The translations under genes were made by a program, and so were the position numbers. Source: Prasinococcaceae sp. CCMP 1430 (taxonomy: Eukaryota; Plantae; Prasinodermophyta). From it: a stretch of DNA of 59,805 nt. The notes beneath the pieces were generated by a model. The model was not told the origin of the DNA, ran no database searches, and worked only from the letters and a program-made list of their open reading frames with translations. The stretch lies in assembly GCA_013416795.1 (NCBI GenBank), contig RQSC01000010.1, positions 86,836 through 146,640 of the forward strand, in the 5' to 3' direction. How positions within the stretch are numbered: position 1 is the stretch's first letter; every line of letters begins with the position of its first letter. This document shows positions 41,061 through 52,450 of this stretch, piece by piece.

Positions 41061-42664
41061 AGCACCCCAAGCGCGCCCACCCACCCACCCACCCGCGCGC
41101 CGCGCGGACGTGCACGAGCTCGTGCTGTGGCGGTCGCGTGCGCTCCGAGCCGTCCCCAGCCAATCCCCCGCAGCTGCGGTCGCCTGGCGAGTGGCACGCG
41201 CGCGCCGCGTCCCCCCCTTTTGCCTCCTCCCTCCCGCGCAGCCCGTGCTCGCGCGCCCACCGCGGCGGGCCCCGTGCTCCCGTACGCGCGACGTTCGCGC
41301 GCGGGCGAGCGAGCGAGCGCATCCGGTTCCGACGCGCTTGTTGGCAAACCCGCCAATATCCCCCTGAAACGTGTGTGTGGCTGGCGGGATGTTTCTTCAC
41401 GTGATCGCACGCGCTTCCCTTGTTTCCCGCCAACCTCAGGCGCCCACGCCGCGCGTCGTCACGCTACCCGCACGCACGTGTTTGCACCCGAGCGAGCCCC
41501 CCGCGCCAGCGAAGCCCCGCGGCGGCCGCGCGCGGCGCTCGGGGAACCGCACTGCGGAACTCATTCCATACTGCGATATCCATTAGGAATCCAAATTGAT
41601 CAAAATGTACAAATATTACGCGTTCACCCGAGGGCACTCGCACACAAAATCGACGTGGGTTCCGCTCCCGCCGCGCCATTTGTGGGTGTGTTTCGGGTGT
41701 CGATTGGGCGCCCCACCCAACCTGCCACCCGGAGAATCCCCGCGCGATCTCGCGCGCCTGCGTTTGTTGGCGCGAGGGCGCCCGCCACCACAAGCACACC
41801 CTCGCGAGCACGCGCAGATTTCGTTGGACTCGAAAGCGCATGTGTCACGTGACGTCATGCCGCCCGCCGACGGTTGCACGCTAACAACGGCGTCCGGCGC
41901 CACCGCCGAGCGAGACTTGCCTCGAAGCGGCACGTTTCGCCGCGAACGAAACTCGCCGCCGACGCGAGTTCGTCGGGGGGGGGGTGTGGAACGGACAACG
42001 AACAACGGACGGTGGGCGTGCACGTGCAACCGGCCGGCACCCAGCTTCTGCTCCGTCGAGCGGTCTGGCTGGTGTTGTTCGGGCAGCGCGCGCACGGTAC
42101 CCCGCCCACGCCAGCCGGCCGGATCTGCGTAGGCGAGGGAGACCGCAACTCCCCCAGCCGACCGAGTCGGCGCGTCGAGGTGCGGCGTCGACCGCGCAGT
42201 GCGCGGCCGTTGTCGTCGCCGACCGACCGCGCTCGATCGAGCGCGCTCTGAAGCACTTACAGTATGTCGCCCGTGGGTGTGTTTATCAAAGATTCGTGTC
42301 ATCATGTACTGAGGGATGTCCAAGCCAGTGCGTTTTGATGCGGGGCTGCGCTCCGCTCTGCTCGCTGCCGGCGCGGGGCGGGCGCTGCCGGCGGGCCTAC
42401 AACCCGGGTTTGTCGAAGGCCCATACCGGGGCTTCGCCGAGGGGAAGAGAGACTTACGCGGGTCTGTCGGCGACTCGTGCGCTGGTGACCCGTGTCATGC
42501 GCAGCAGTTCCCGGGACTCGAAATTCGAACGGGTGCGCAGCGCGCCCCCCAGGGGCAGGGCGCAGGCAGGGAGGGGGCGGTGGGGTGCCACACGCGGATC
42601 CCGCGGCGCCCGCGGCGCCCGCGGCGCCGGACCGCAAAACCCGCCCACCACCGCGCGCTCGCGC

Positions 42665-42704
42665 GCTCGCTCGCTCGCTCGCTCGCTCGCTCGCTCGCTC
42701 GCTC
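42665..42704. repeat. (GCTC)10 tetranucleotide repeat just upstream of the ATG at 42742
   Basis: Direct inspection. Confidence 0.95.
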
Positions 42705-42741
42705 GCGCGTGGATCGCCGGCGCGGATTCCGCGGAGCGGCG

Positions 42742-44451
42742 ATGGACGATGCGCCGGGTGGCGGCGCTGCCCCGGAGACGCCTCTCAAAGAGCGCGTGGC
42801 GGAGGTGCTCGCGGACGCGCCGCTGCGCGACGCCATCCTCGACGAAGTGCTCGAGACGCTCAGGGAGGATGGAACCATTCCGACAGACGAGGTGCGCGCT
42901 GGGCGGCGCGAGCGCGCGGGGTGCGCCGGAGCGCTTGCGCGCGGCGCCGAGATGCTCCCGGCGGCGCTCGCGTCGCTCACGCTTCCCCGCTGCCCGCGCG
43001 CGCTCGCGCCTCTCTCGGCGCCACGCACGCGCGACACAGCAGGCTCGCGTGCGAGAGGCACCACCGCAGTCACCGCCAGGCGCGACGCTCGCCGACGCCG
43101 CCGCTGCCGCGAGGTGCGGCGTGTGCCGTGGCGCGGCGGTGGTCGCGCTGCGCTGCGCGCGCAGCGGCGCCGTGTACGTTGCGCGCCGCAATCGGCGCGC
43201 GAGGGGTGCCGACGCAGGCGCACGACCGGTGGGCGGGGGTGGGGGGTATGGGAGCGGCTTCAGTGACAGTGGCAGCGAATACTACGCGAGCGACACGACC
43301 GCTGGTGGGCGCACTGGGCCCGGGGTGCGGCAGAGCCCCGCGGCCGGCGTGAAGGCGCCCGCGCAGCGCGCGAGCGAGTGGCGCCTCCGTCGCGAGCACG
43401 CCTCGCGCTCGCCGTCGGTGCTCAATCCCAACGCGCAGCTATTCGTCGATCGCACGCACGCGCTCGCCACGGGCGACGCCGGGGCGGTGGCGCTGCGCAG
43501 TGGCCTGGCGGGTGGCGCGTGCCTTGTGAGCGCTGCCGACGGCAAGCTCCGCTTCGCCACCTCGGCGCATGCCGCAGGGGACGAGGCTCTGTGGGAGCCG
43601 CGCTGGAGCCGCCGAGGGGACGAGAGCGATGCCGATGAGGAATCAGAGGACGACGAGGACGAGGACGACGCAGGCGGTGAGTGGCGCGCCGCTTTGCTTT
43701 CCTGCGCTGTCATCCGCCCGCCCGCCCGTGCTGACGCGCGCGCGCGCGCACAGAGAACGGAGGGGAGAACGCGGCGCACACCGCGGCGCGCCGCCCGGGG
43801 CTGCGCAACGTTGCGCACCGCCACGTCGTCATCGCTGCAGAGATCGTCCCCGTTGCCGTGCCCGCCACGGATGGCCGTGGCACACGCCTGACTGCCGAGG
43901 CGATCGCCGCTGCTGGCGAGCTTGCGGGCGCCACCGCGCCCTCCACGCCTGCCGCGCGCGCGCGCAGTCTCAACCGCGCGTTCGATTACGCCGGGAGCGC
44001 CCAGAGCACGCCGCTCGCGCCTTCGCGCGGGGGCGCCAAGTCTATGGCGCCTCCAGTGGGAGAGGGCGATGCCAGCAAGCGCAAGCGCGGACGTCGCCGC
44101 TCAGGCCAACGCGGGGGTGTTTCGTGGGTGGTGTCGGCTGCGCTGGCTGTGTGTGCGTCGGCTGCGACGGCGGTCTTCGTCAGCGGTGCCGACGCTCCGG
44201 TCGGCGCTGAAGTACACATGGCCGGTCTGCCATTGCGCGGTGAGCACATGGCACAGGCCGACGGGGTTGTCCTCTCTGACAAAGCAGGCGATGCTCGGCG
44301 GCCAGGAGCGGCGGCCAAAATCGATGGAGCTGTACCGTCTGATGCCACCGGCAATGCTCGACGGCAGCTCAGCAGGAGCGCAGCTGCGGCCGCCAGCAGC
44401 GCCAGCGACGAGGCTGCTGGCAGTACCATCGACAGCGCTGGCGGGAGCTGA
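42742..44451 (+). CDS. Hypothetical protein with a possible fascin/beta-trefoil-like segment and a C-proximal TM helix, 3 exons
   Basis: Exons 42742-42891, 43043-43676, 43754-44451 with canonical GT-AG introns keep the frame. VALRSGLAGGACLVSAADGKLRF...LWEP motif; hydrophobic GVSWVVSAALAVCASAATAVFV. Confidence 0.55.
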
Positions 44452-44699
44452 GCACGATTCTTTTGGGCGCAGGCCAGCACGTGTTCTGGTGTGCGCACGG
44501 CACTTCTCACACACGGGTTCGAGCGGCAATGCCCTTCTCGGCCCAACACACAGCACGAGCTTGGGTGTGCTTCATGACGAGTGATAGGCACGGAGAGGCG
44601 CCTGCTGACTAGTCCGCCGGCGCGAAGCACATGCCGCGCGCGCCGTGGCCTCAATAACTGCGCGGTTGCCGATCTCATGCGCCATGCGTCTTTTTCCAG

Positions 44700-44700
<1 letters not shown>

Positions 44701-44744
<44 letters not shown>
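44701..44744. repeat. C44 homopolymer (G44 on the minus strand)
   Basis: Direct inspection; intergenic. Confidence 0.95.
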
Positions 44745-44747
<3 letters not shown>

Positions 44748-45358
44748 CGCCAAAATGGGGGCATTCATTTTCAAGAGAGCCGGTTCCCCGACCCGACGCA
44801 GGTAACGGCCGAGGCCGTTGCCGATTTCGGGGCGTGGCAGCTGCCGCTGCCGCTGCCGTGCGGCCGCGCGGCGGATGCCGCCCGCCAGCGGCGTGCGCGC
44901 CGCGCGTGTGGCGCCCCCGCACCCGCACCCACCGCACCACTCCGCCCTCCGCTCGCTTCGCTCGCCTCCGTCCATCCAACGCCCCCATCAGATGGCACCT
45001 CGTGCCGCGCGGGAACAGCGCGCCGAAAAAAAAAAAAAAAGGATCGAAAGGACATTCTTTCGCTTTCGCTTGGGCTTTTTTCCCGCTTTTTTGGTGCTTC
45101 ACCAAAAAAGCCTGCTGCGCGCGCCCGTCATTTGTCATTGATGACGGCACCGCACGCGCAAGCCGCGCGGCGATATCTCGAGATTTGGGGTTTTATGTGG
45201 AGGGTTTGAAGTTTGCGGTTGTTGGCGCGAGCGCGAGCGACGACGCCAGAGTGCGCGCGCGCGGCGCGCTGCCCCCCCGGAAGCGACGCCGCGTGGCGTC
45301 GCTTGCGGGGGGGGGAGGAGGGGAGGTGGGGGGGAGGTGCTGAGTTGCCGACGCGGCG

Positions 45359-47299
45359 ATGTCCTCTGGTGGCATGGTGGGCGTGGTGATGTCGTGCCTC
45401 GGGCTCGGCGGCGAATATCCCATCACGTCCGTCGTCATGTTGGTCGCGAGCGCGGTGATGGCGCGCATGCTCGTCCAGGCGTGGAAGGCGATGAGCGATG
45501 CACACAGTGTGGCGGCCAACGTACGGTCGAACTTCGCCGAGCTCAAGTCGCTCGTGGAGGAACACCGTGCGCTAATGCCCGCAACTGAGAGCGCCTACAT
45601 GTCGCTCGCGGAGGATAGGGCCGCCAAAGCCAAGGAAGCTGCGAAGGCGCCAGCGTACTTCGCGGCCCTCCCCGGGCAGAAGGAGGTCAGAACGATCGAA
45701 AAGAGGCGCCGGCCAAGCCTGCTCAAGCGTCTGATGTCCCGCACGCCTACCTCGAGCGGCAAGCCTGGCGGCCAAAGGTCGTCGATGTCCCCCGACACAC
45801 CCTCGACTCCAAGCGGTGGCGCTACCCCGTCCCTCTCCGCGAGGCAAAGCCGCAAGGGTCTCGCGACGCTCGTAGCCCAAAGCCTGCTGAACGAGGAGGA
45901 GCGCGAGGATCTCAAAGAGATGGTTGTGGCGCTCAAGTCACGCGTACCCGACCTTCCCAACAATATGATCATCGGAGACGATGCCGATGCTACCTACGAG
46001 GTGAGCGACGCGTGACACCGGACGCCCCACGCGCCGAGCCTGTCGCGCGTGCCACAGGTGCACATCGCTCGCCGCCTTAGGCTACAAGATACGCTGCGGG
46101 AGCGCCCTCTACCAGTCGGGTGCACCCAAGAGGCTTGCGCAGATCAGAATGCTGACATGCCCCCAAACTGCCGTCTTCCAAACAACATACCCACCCCCCG
46201 CGCGTGCTCTCATCCCATGCGGCAGCGCTTCCTGGCGGCGCGGGGTGGCGACGTGATGGCCGCGGAGGCGATGCTCAGGAACACGCTTGCATGGCGTGAG
46301 AAGTTCGCGATCGAGTCGATCCTGCGGCGCCCCTACGACCTCGGCAAGCTGCAGGCGTACTGGAAGTACCTGCCGCACACGTACTTCGGACATGACAAAG
46401 ATAGCCGCCCAGTGTATTGGAACCGAGTGGGCGCCGCTCAGTGGAAGCTGTTGATGAAGCGCTGCACGGCAGATGACCTCGCCCACTTTCATATCATCAT
46501 GATGGAGTACGTCAACAAGACGCTCATGCAGGAGGCCTCGCGCATGAAGGGGGGGACGCAAGACCAGGCGGTGTACATTTTGGATATCTCGGGATTCTCG
46601 CTCTTCGATATCGTGTCGACGCCCGTCGTCGACTTCCTCAAGGGCCTCACCAGTCTCCTTCAGGACCACTATCCGCAGCAGCTCGCCGCAGCGGTCGTCA
46701 TCAACGCTCCGGCGAGCTTCTCGACGGCCTGGAGTGTGGTGGACATGCTGGGCATGGACCCTAATACCAAGTCCAAGTTCCGTGTGGTTTCGGTGGGCCA
46801 AACGCACGGGGCGCTGCGTGAGATGATCGACGACAAGTACATACCTACGTTCCTTTGCGGCGAAGGCGAGCTCGAGGGCGATTTGTTCAACCTAGCGGGT
46901 GGGGAGGAGTTGTCCAAGGGCACGGCGAAGGGCACAGCGCTCACATCCTTCCAGACACGCTTGATCAACCACACTTTTGGTACCGTCCGACTGAAAGGCG
47001 AGTGGGCAGTATCACACGCCTGTCTGGATGCTCATCTGGGCGTGCGCTCGCAGGCGCGCGCCAGCAGTGCGTCCGTATGTCAGGTCTATTTGGATTTCCG
47101 TGGAAAGCCATTCGCGCGGGTATCGCGACGGCGCAATGTGTGCGAGTTCGCGTGTGTGTGCAAGTTTGTGACGCCGGTCTATTACTGGCTGCCCTTTCAG
47201 TTGAGCAGGTTGGCGCCGAAACCCGCGCCGTTGGTGTGCCCAACGGCGAGCGCAGTGGTGAGGATGCCGAAGACGAGGAACGGCTGCGCGTTTGCCTGA
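45359..47299 (+). CDS. Sec14/CRAL-TRIO lipid-binding protein with N-terminal TM segment; 3' end uncertain
   Basis: Exon 45359-46000, intron 46001-46225, then RFLAARGGDV..AEAMLRNTLAWREKF, GHDKDSRPVY, YILDISGFS, QDHYPQQL..INAP, MDPNTKSK, IPTFLCG. The ORF reads to 47299; a GC-AG intron 46998-47083 is possible. Confidence 0.82.
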
Positions 47300-49005
47300 T
47301 ACTTGACATCCTGTGTTCGCTCGCGCCGGCGTAGCGGCGCGGCCAGATGCTGTCAGCACAGTGCACGCACTTGACGCTCCCGGCGGCGCGCGGGCCAGCT
47401 GCGCGCGCGCGCGTGCGCGCGCGCGACGGTGGCAGGAGTTAAGCGCGCGCGCTTCGACGTACGTTTTCCACGGGATCCGGAAGGAAAAAGCGCACCTGCG
47501 CGACGATCTGTGGGATGATGAGCAAGGTGAGCGCGATGGCGTAGGGGTCCTCGTGCTTGACGAAGTGCAGCCAGAGCGCAACCAGGATCTGAAAGCCATC
47601 GATCGTGCCCACGGTGATCCACTTGGCCGTGTCGATGCCGAACTCGACTGGGATAGACTTGAGGCCCAACTCGCGATCGCCCTCGATCGACTGGGGCCCG
47701 CACAAGGGAGAGGCGGGCGGGTGTCAGAGCGCGCGCGAGCAGGTGCGCGCAGGCGCGCGCGGCGATGGCGCCGGATCGCCCCGCGCACCTTGAAGTCGTT
47801 GACGATGGCGATGCCCAGCCCCGCGATTGAGTACATGAGCGTGATGACGATGATCTCAGGCGTGAGCGTGCTGTCGTCGAAGACCGCCATGCCCGCCCAC
47901 CACGGGAGCGCGATGTAGGACGCGCCAAGGGCGTACGTCCCCTGCCAGCCGTTGGCCTTGAGCTTGAGCGGCGGCGCGGAGTAGATGTACGAGATGAAGG
48001 TGCCAAAGAGCGCGATTGCCGTCAGCGTGGGGAACTCGTGGCCGCGCCACGTGTCGAGCTGCCAGGCGAGTGCCCAGCCGGCGGTCATCAGGCCGAAGGA
48101 CTGAATGGCCACGTCCACGCCCGTCACCTTGCCGCTCGGGATGGGCCGGTTGGGCTCGTTGATGGCGTCAATGTCCTTGTCGTACCAGTCGTTGATGGTC
48201 TGCGTGAAGCCCGTCAGGCAGGGGCCGCTGAGGGTCATGCAGAGGACCGCCTGGAAGATGTCGCGGGGGAAGCCCTCGATCCAGTGGAAGTTGCCGCTGG
48301 CGGCAGCACCGCACAGCACGCCCCACACCACGGGAATCCACGTGCCCGGCTTGGTCAGCTGCACCATCACCTTCCACTTGGGCAGCTCCTCCGTTGCCTC
48401 TGTCTGACGGAAGCCCAGGAGCTGCTGCGCGTCCGCGTCGCCGAAGTCCCCCTCCTTCGCCTTGGTCTCCGCCGCGTCGTCGGTGGCGCGGGCGGCCGCG
48501 CGCCGTGCGCGCGGCGCACGTGCTCCTCCTGCGCGTGCGCGCTCGCGCAGGACGCCGCGCGGCGCGGCGCGGCGTGCGCGGCCTAGCCGCCGCGCCACCG
48601 CGCCTCCGTCCGTTCCCCCTGCGGCGCGTACTCCCGTCTGTGTGTGTGGGGGGTGGGGTGCGGAGGGGTGGCCCGAATCCTCGGCCGCCACCCTGGCGCC
48701 CGTGCCCGCGCGCACCCGGCGCACGCGATCCTCACAAACGACCCACTTCTTGCCACGGCGTGCGCGCTCGCCCCCGCGCGCTCTAGCTAGCTAGCGCCAA
48801 CGCCGGCCGGGCGCACCCGAGCGCACCGGCCGGACTGGCTCGCGTCCCCCGACCCCCACCCACGCACCAATCCTCCGGCTGGCGGCCGCGCTCTCGCTCG
48901 TTGCGCGCCGGTTTGGGAACGAGCGCAGCTGATGGAGGATGGTGTACACCTCGACCGAGCCCCCCGGTCTAAACGCGTCATATAGGGTGTGTGCTGGCGC
49001 ACCAT
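47197..49005 (-). CDS. CHLG: Chlorophyll synthase, 4-exon model
   Basis: QLTKPGTWIPVVWGVLCGAAASG, TQTINDWYDKDIDAINEPNRPIPSG, YSAPPLKLK, ALGASYIALPWWAG, GIAIVNDFK|SIEGDRELGL, DVKYQANAQPF. Exons 49005-48868 (tentative), 48637-47789, 47690-47463, 47310-47197. Confidence 0.96.
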
Positions 49006-49467
49006 CGCGGATCGACGCGGGACGAACCCGGGGTGTCGGCGCGTTCCCCCTGGCCCCGCGCTGCGCTCGTTGTGGCGCGGCGCTGGGAAGAGACTGGGCG
49101 GAGTGGGCGAAGGAGGGAGGGGCGGCGGCAGGCGGGCGGGCGGACGAGCGGGCGGCGTTGCGGCGGGCGAGCCCGCCGGTCGCAGAGGGGCGCTTGGTGC
49201 CCCCTTCCTTTCCACTCCCCGGAAGGCCGCCTGGCGAGCGTGCGCCTGCGCGCCACACGCGGCGAGGAGGAAGGGCGGCGCGGCGCGGAGGTTGGGACTT
49301 CCCGGCGGCTCTCACATCGCGCGGCGGGCGGAGCCGGAGCGGCGCCCCGCAGGCGGGCCCGAGGCGCCCCGCGGACGCGCGCACGCGCAGGCGGGGTTTC
49401 TCTGACCCTCCTCCCCTGCCGGCCCGCGGTGGCAGCGCGCGGGGCCCTTTGCGCCCCCGTCGGGTGC

Positions 49468-49638
49468 ATGCTCGGCCGCGCGGCGCGCTGGGCGGCGTGG
49501 GGCGCGGTTGGATTTACGCTGGGCGTGTGGGCGACGCAGAAGGCCGGGGGTGCCGTCCCTGACGTCGGGAGCGCCGCCGCGGCCGCGTACGGCGCGGTCA
49601 CCGGCGACGGCAAGAGCGGAAGGGGCAAGAACGAGTGA
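49468..49638 (+). CDS. 56-aa single-TM microprotein, STMP1 (short transmembrane mitochondrial protein 1)-like
   Basis: MLGRAARWAAWGAVGFTLGVWATQKAGGAVPDVGSAAAAAYGAVTGDGKSGRGKNE*. The Gly-rich TM helix followed by Q...VPDV and a basic tail resembles the STMP1 pattern (from memory, not searched). Confidence 0.55.
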   Translation: MLGRAARWAAWGAVGFTLGVWATQKAGGAVPDVGSAAAAAYGAVTGDGKSGRGKNE

Positions 49639-49698
49639 GGCGGCGCGCCTGGACAGCGGGGCCCAGAGAGCCGGGAGGGGTGCGGCGTGCAAAGGAGC

Positions 49699-51928
49699 AT
49701 GCCGACCGCGAGCAAGTGCGTGCGCGGCAATGAGTACACCTCGTTCCGCGTCGACCTTCCAAAGGGGGAGGTCGTGACGGCCGGTGAGCTGGCCCGCGGC
49801 GGCGCGTCGACCGTGTATTACGGCGAGTGGGCCGGCCGGCGGGTCGCCGTGAAGCGGCCCAAGCTCGCGACCACCGCCGACATGGACCGGTTCCACAGCG
49901 AGCTGGGGATGCTCGAGCGGCTCGCGGGGCACAAGTACATGCTCACGTGCGTCGCAGCGCGCGCCCACCCGCCCGACTACTCTTTCTACTTCCCGCTCAT
50001 GGAGAATGGCACGCTGGAGAGCATGCTGCACGAGCAGCGCTGTGCGCCGACCGTCACGACCGTCGTCGTGCACGCCGTGGAGCTCGCCGAGGCGCTCGCG
50101 CACATGCATGCGCAGGGCATCGTGCACCGGGACGTCAAGCCGGGAAACGTGCTTCTCGACGCCGAGTGGCGCGTCAAGCTTGGTGACTTTGGCCTCGCTG
50201 CGCACGTGGAAGAGCTCGAGGCTAGCCTGCAGAACGCCATCTACTCGTCGGAGGATTTGGAGGGCAAGGAGGTCGAGGCGCGCTGGGTGCAGTCGCGGCG
50301 TGGGCGCAAGGCCGGCGGGTTCCAGAAGCAGCACATGATGGGCACGATGGAGTACCTCGCACCGGAGGTGCTGAAGCGCCAGGTGCACCGCCCGAGCGCC
50401 GACGTGTACGCCTTCGGGGTGACGCTGTGCGAGCTCTGCACGGGTGTGTTGCCGTACTCGGACCGCGAGCGCAACGTGGCACTCGCGCACACCGTCCTAG
50501 ACATGTCGTACAACGAGGCTGACCTCTCGAAGGCAATTGCCAGCGAGGGGCTCAGGCCCGTGCCGCCCTCGGACGAGGCCGCGCCCAGGGAGCTGAGAGA
50601 GATCATCGAGGCATGCTGGGCGCACGATCCAGCGGACAGGCCAACGATGGCGCGCGTGGTCGAGCGCCTGCGCGCCCTCGCCAACGACCTCGACCCGGGC
50701 GGCGTGGACGCGCTCAAGGTCTTCTGGCGCGCCCCGCCACCGAAGCAGCCCTCGGCCGCTGCTGCCGCCGAGGCGGCCGCGCTGGCCGCCGCGCTGGGTG
50801 GCGATCCGTCGCCGCCTCCCGCGGCCTGGCTGGCGAGCGCAGGCGCGTATGCCCCCGAGGTGGGCGCGGGCGTGGTGGCCACATCGGGGGCCCGTGGGAT
50901 CGACCGAATGGAGGACGCGCACGCCATCGCCACGCCGCTCGAGTGCCCGGGCAACCCAGGCAACGTGCACTTCATCGGCGTGTTCGACGGCCACCGCGGC
51001 GCCGCGTGCGCGCGCTTCGCGGCCGACGCGATGCCCGCCGCGCTCCCACGTCTGTGGGCGGGGTGCGAATCGCCTGCGGCCGCACTGCAAAAGGCCTTCC
51101 TGGCTGTCGACGCCGCCTACGTCGCCAAGGAGGAGGCGGAGGTCGCGGCACTGCCTTCGGGCGCGCGCCCGCCAGCGCCCGCGGGGTGCACGGCGCTGGG
51201 CGTGCTGGTCGCCGGCAACACCATGGCGATCGCCAACGCAGGCGACTGCCGTGCGGTGCTCAGCCGCGGTGGCGAGGCGGTCGCGCTCACAAACGACCAC
51301 GGCCCCGACGTGCCCGCCGAGCGCGCGCGCATCGAGGCGGCGGGCGGCGCGCTGCAGTGCCACGAGGGCAAGTGGCGCGTTGGCGCGCCGCGGCTGGCGG
51401 TCAGCCGCGCGCTCGGCGACCGCGACGTCAAGGTGTGTCGCGTGCGCGCTCGCGCGCAGGCCGCTCGCCCGCTGCGCGCGGCCGCGCGCAACGAGCGATG
51501 CGCACAGCGCATTCATGCGTACGTGCTGGGCGCGCCACTCACGCGCGCGGTCGGCCCTGATGCTGTGATGCTGACGCTCCCGCTTCTCCCCGCCCGCGGA
51601 CGCGATTGCCCTCCTCGTGTGTGTGCAGGGCGACGGTGTCAGTGCCGAGCCGGAGTTGCACACCTACGAGTTGAGCGCCGAGGACGACTTCGTCATCGTG
51701 GCATGTGATGGCCTGTGGGACGTCGTGTCGAATGAGGAGGCAGTCGCATTCGTGAAAGACACCGTTAAGGAGCCCTCGATGTGCGCCAAGCGGCTTGTGG
51801 CCGAGGCGGGCACGCGGCTCAGTGGCGACAACGTCACCGTGGTGGTGGCGTTCCTGCGGCCTGTCTCCACCGCGCAGACGGTGTGGACCGCCGTGGAGGG
51901 CGACATGCAGGAAGACGCGCGTGAGTGA
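49699..51928 (+). CDS. Protein kinase-PP2C fusion protein (plant kinase and PP2C-like domain-containing family), 2 exons
   Basis: Kinase: VAVKRP, HRDVKPGN, DFG, GTMEYLAPE, DVYAFG. PP2C: MEDAH, VFDGHRG, ANAGDCRA, VSRALGD, ACDGLWD, GDNVT. Intron 51433-51628. Confidence 0.93.
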
Positions 51929-52191
51929 GGCCGCGCCTGTTGAAGCGCGTCCGTAAGCAGGCGAAGCTGCGGCATTCTTTTCTGCGGGTTGGTCGGAGGG
52001 CGGCCACACCGCGCCGGCGGCGCCGACGCCGGGCCGGCGGGCCCGTCTCTTTTCCGACCCCGCGGCGACCGAAAGGGTGGCGCGCCCTTCCCCTCTGCCG
52101 GCTCCTGTCAGACGCGCAGCCCGTCACCCACGCCCTCACCGACGTCCTCAATGCGGCCCGCGCCCGGGCTCCGCGGTGAGTGGCGCGCTCA

Positions 52192-52242
52192 CTGAGCGCG
52201 CGCGCGCTGAGTGCGCGCGCTGAGTGCGCGCGCTGAGTGCGC
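52192..52242. repeat. Short tandem repeat, ~13-nt unit CTGAGTGCGCGCG x3-4
   Basis: Direct inspection; intergenic, downstream of the kinase-PP2C gene. Confidence 0.8.
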
Positions 52243-52450
52243 CCGTTGCGGCCGCGCGCGACGCACCCGTAGGGTTCGTATTTTACAGATTTGATACATT
52301 TATTGAGTGCTTCGTTTTCTCGCTGCGACAACCCTAAACAAGCGGCGTTTGGTTCGTTAGGGGATTGGCGGCGGCGGCCGGCGCTCGCGCTCGCGCACGC
52401 CAGCGGGGTCACAGCGCGCGCGCGCGCGCAGCGGGTCGGCGGCGCTGGCG

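Noticed and set aside
32255-49005. Chlorophyll-pathway cluster (FLU plus CHLG)
   Set aside because: About 14 kb apart with five unrelated genes between; compatible with chance.
49636-49638. In-frame TGA as a selenocysteine codon
   Set aside because: No redox motif around it, it follows a natural-looking C-terminal tail, and I could not identify a SECIS by eye.
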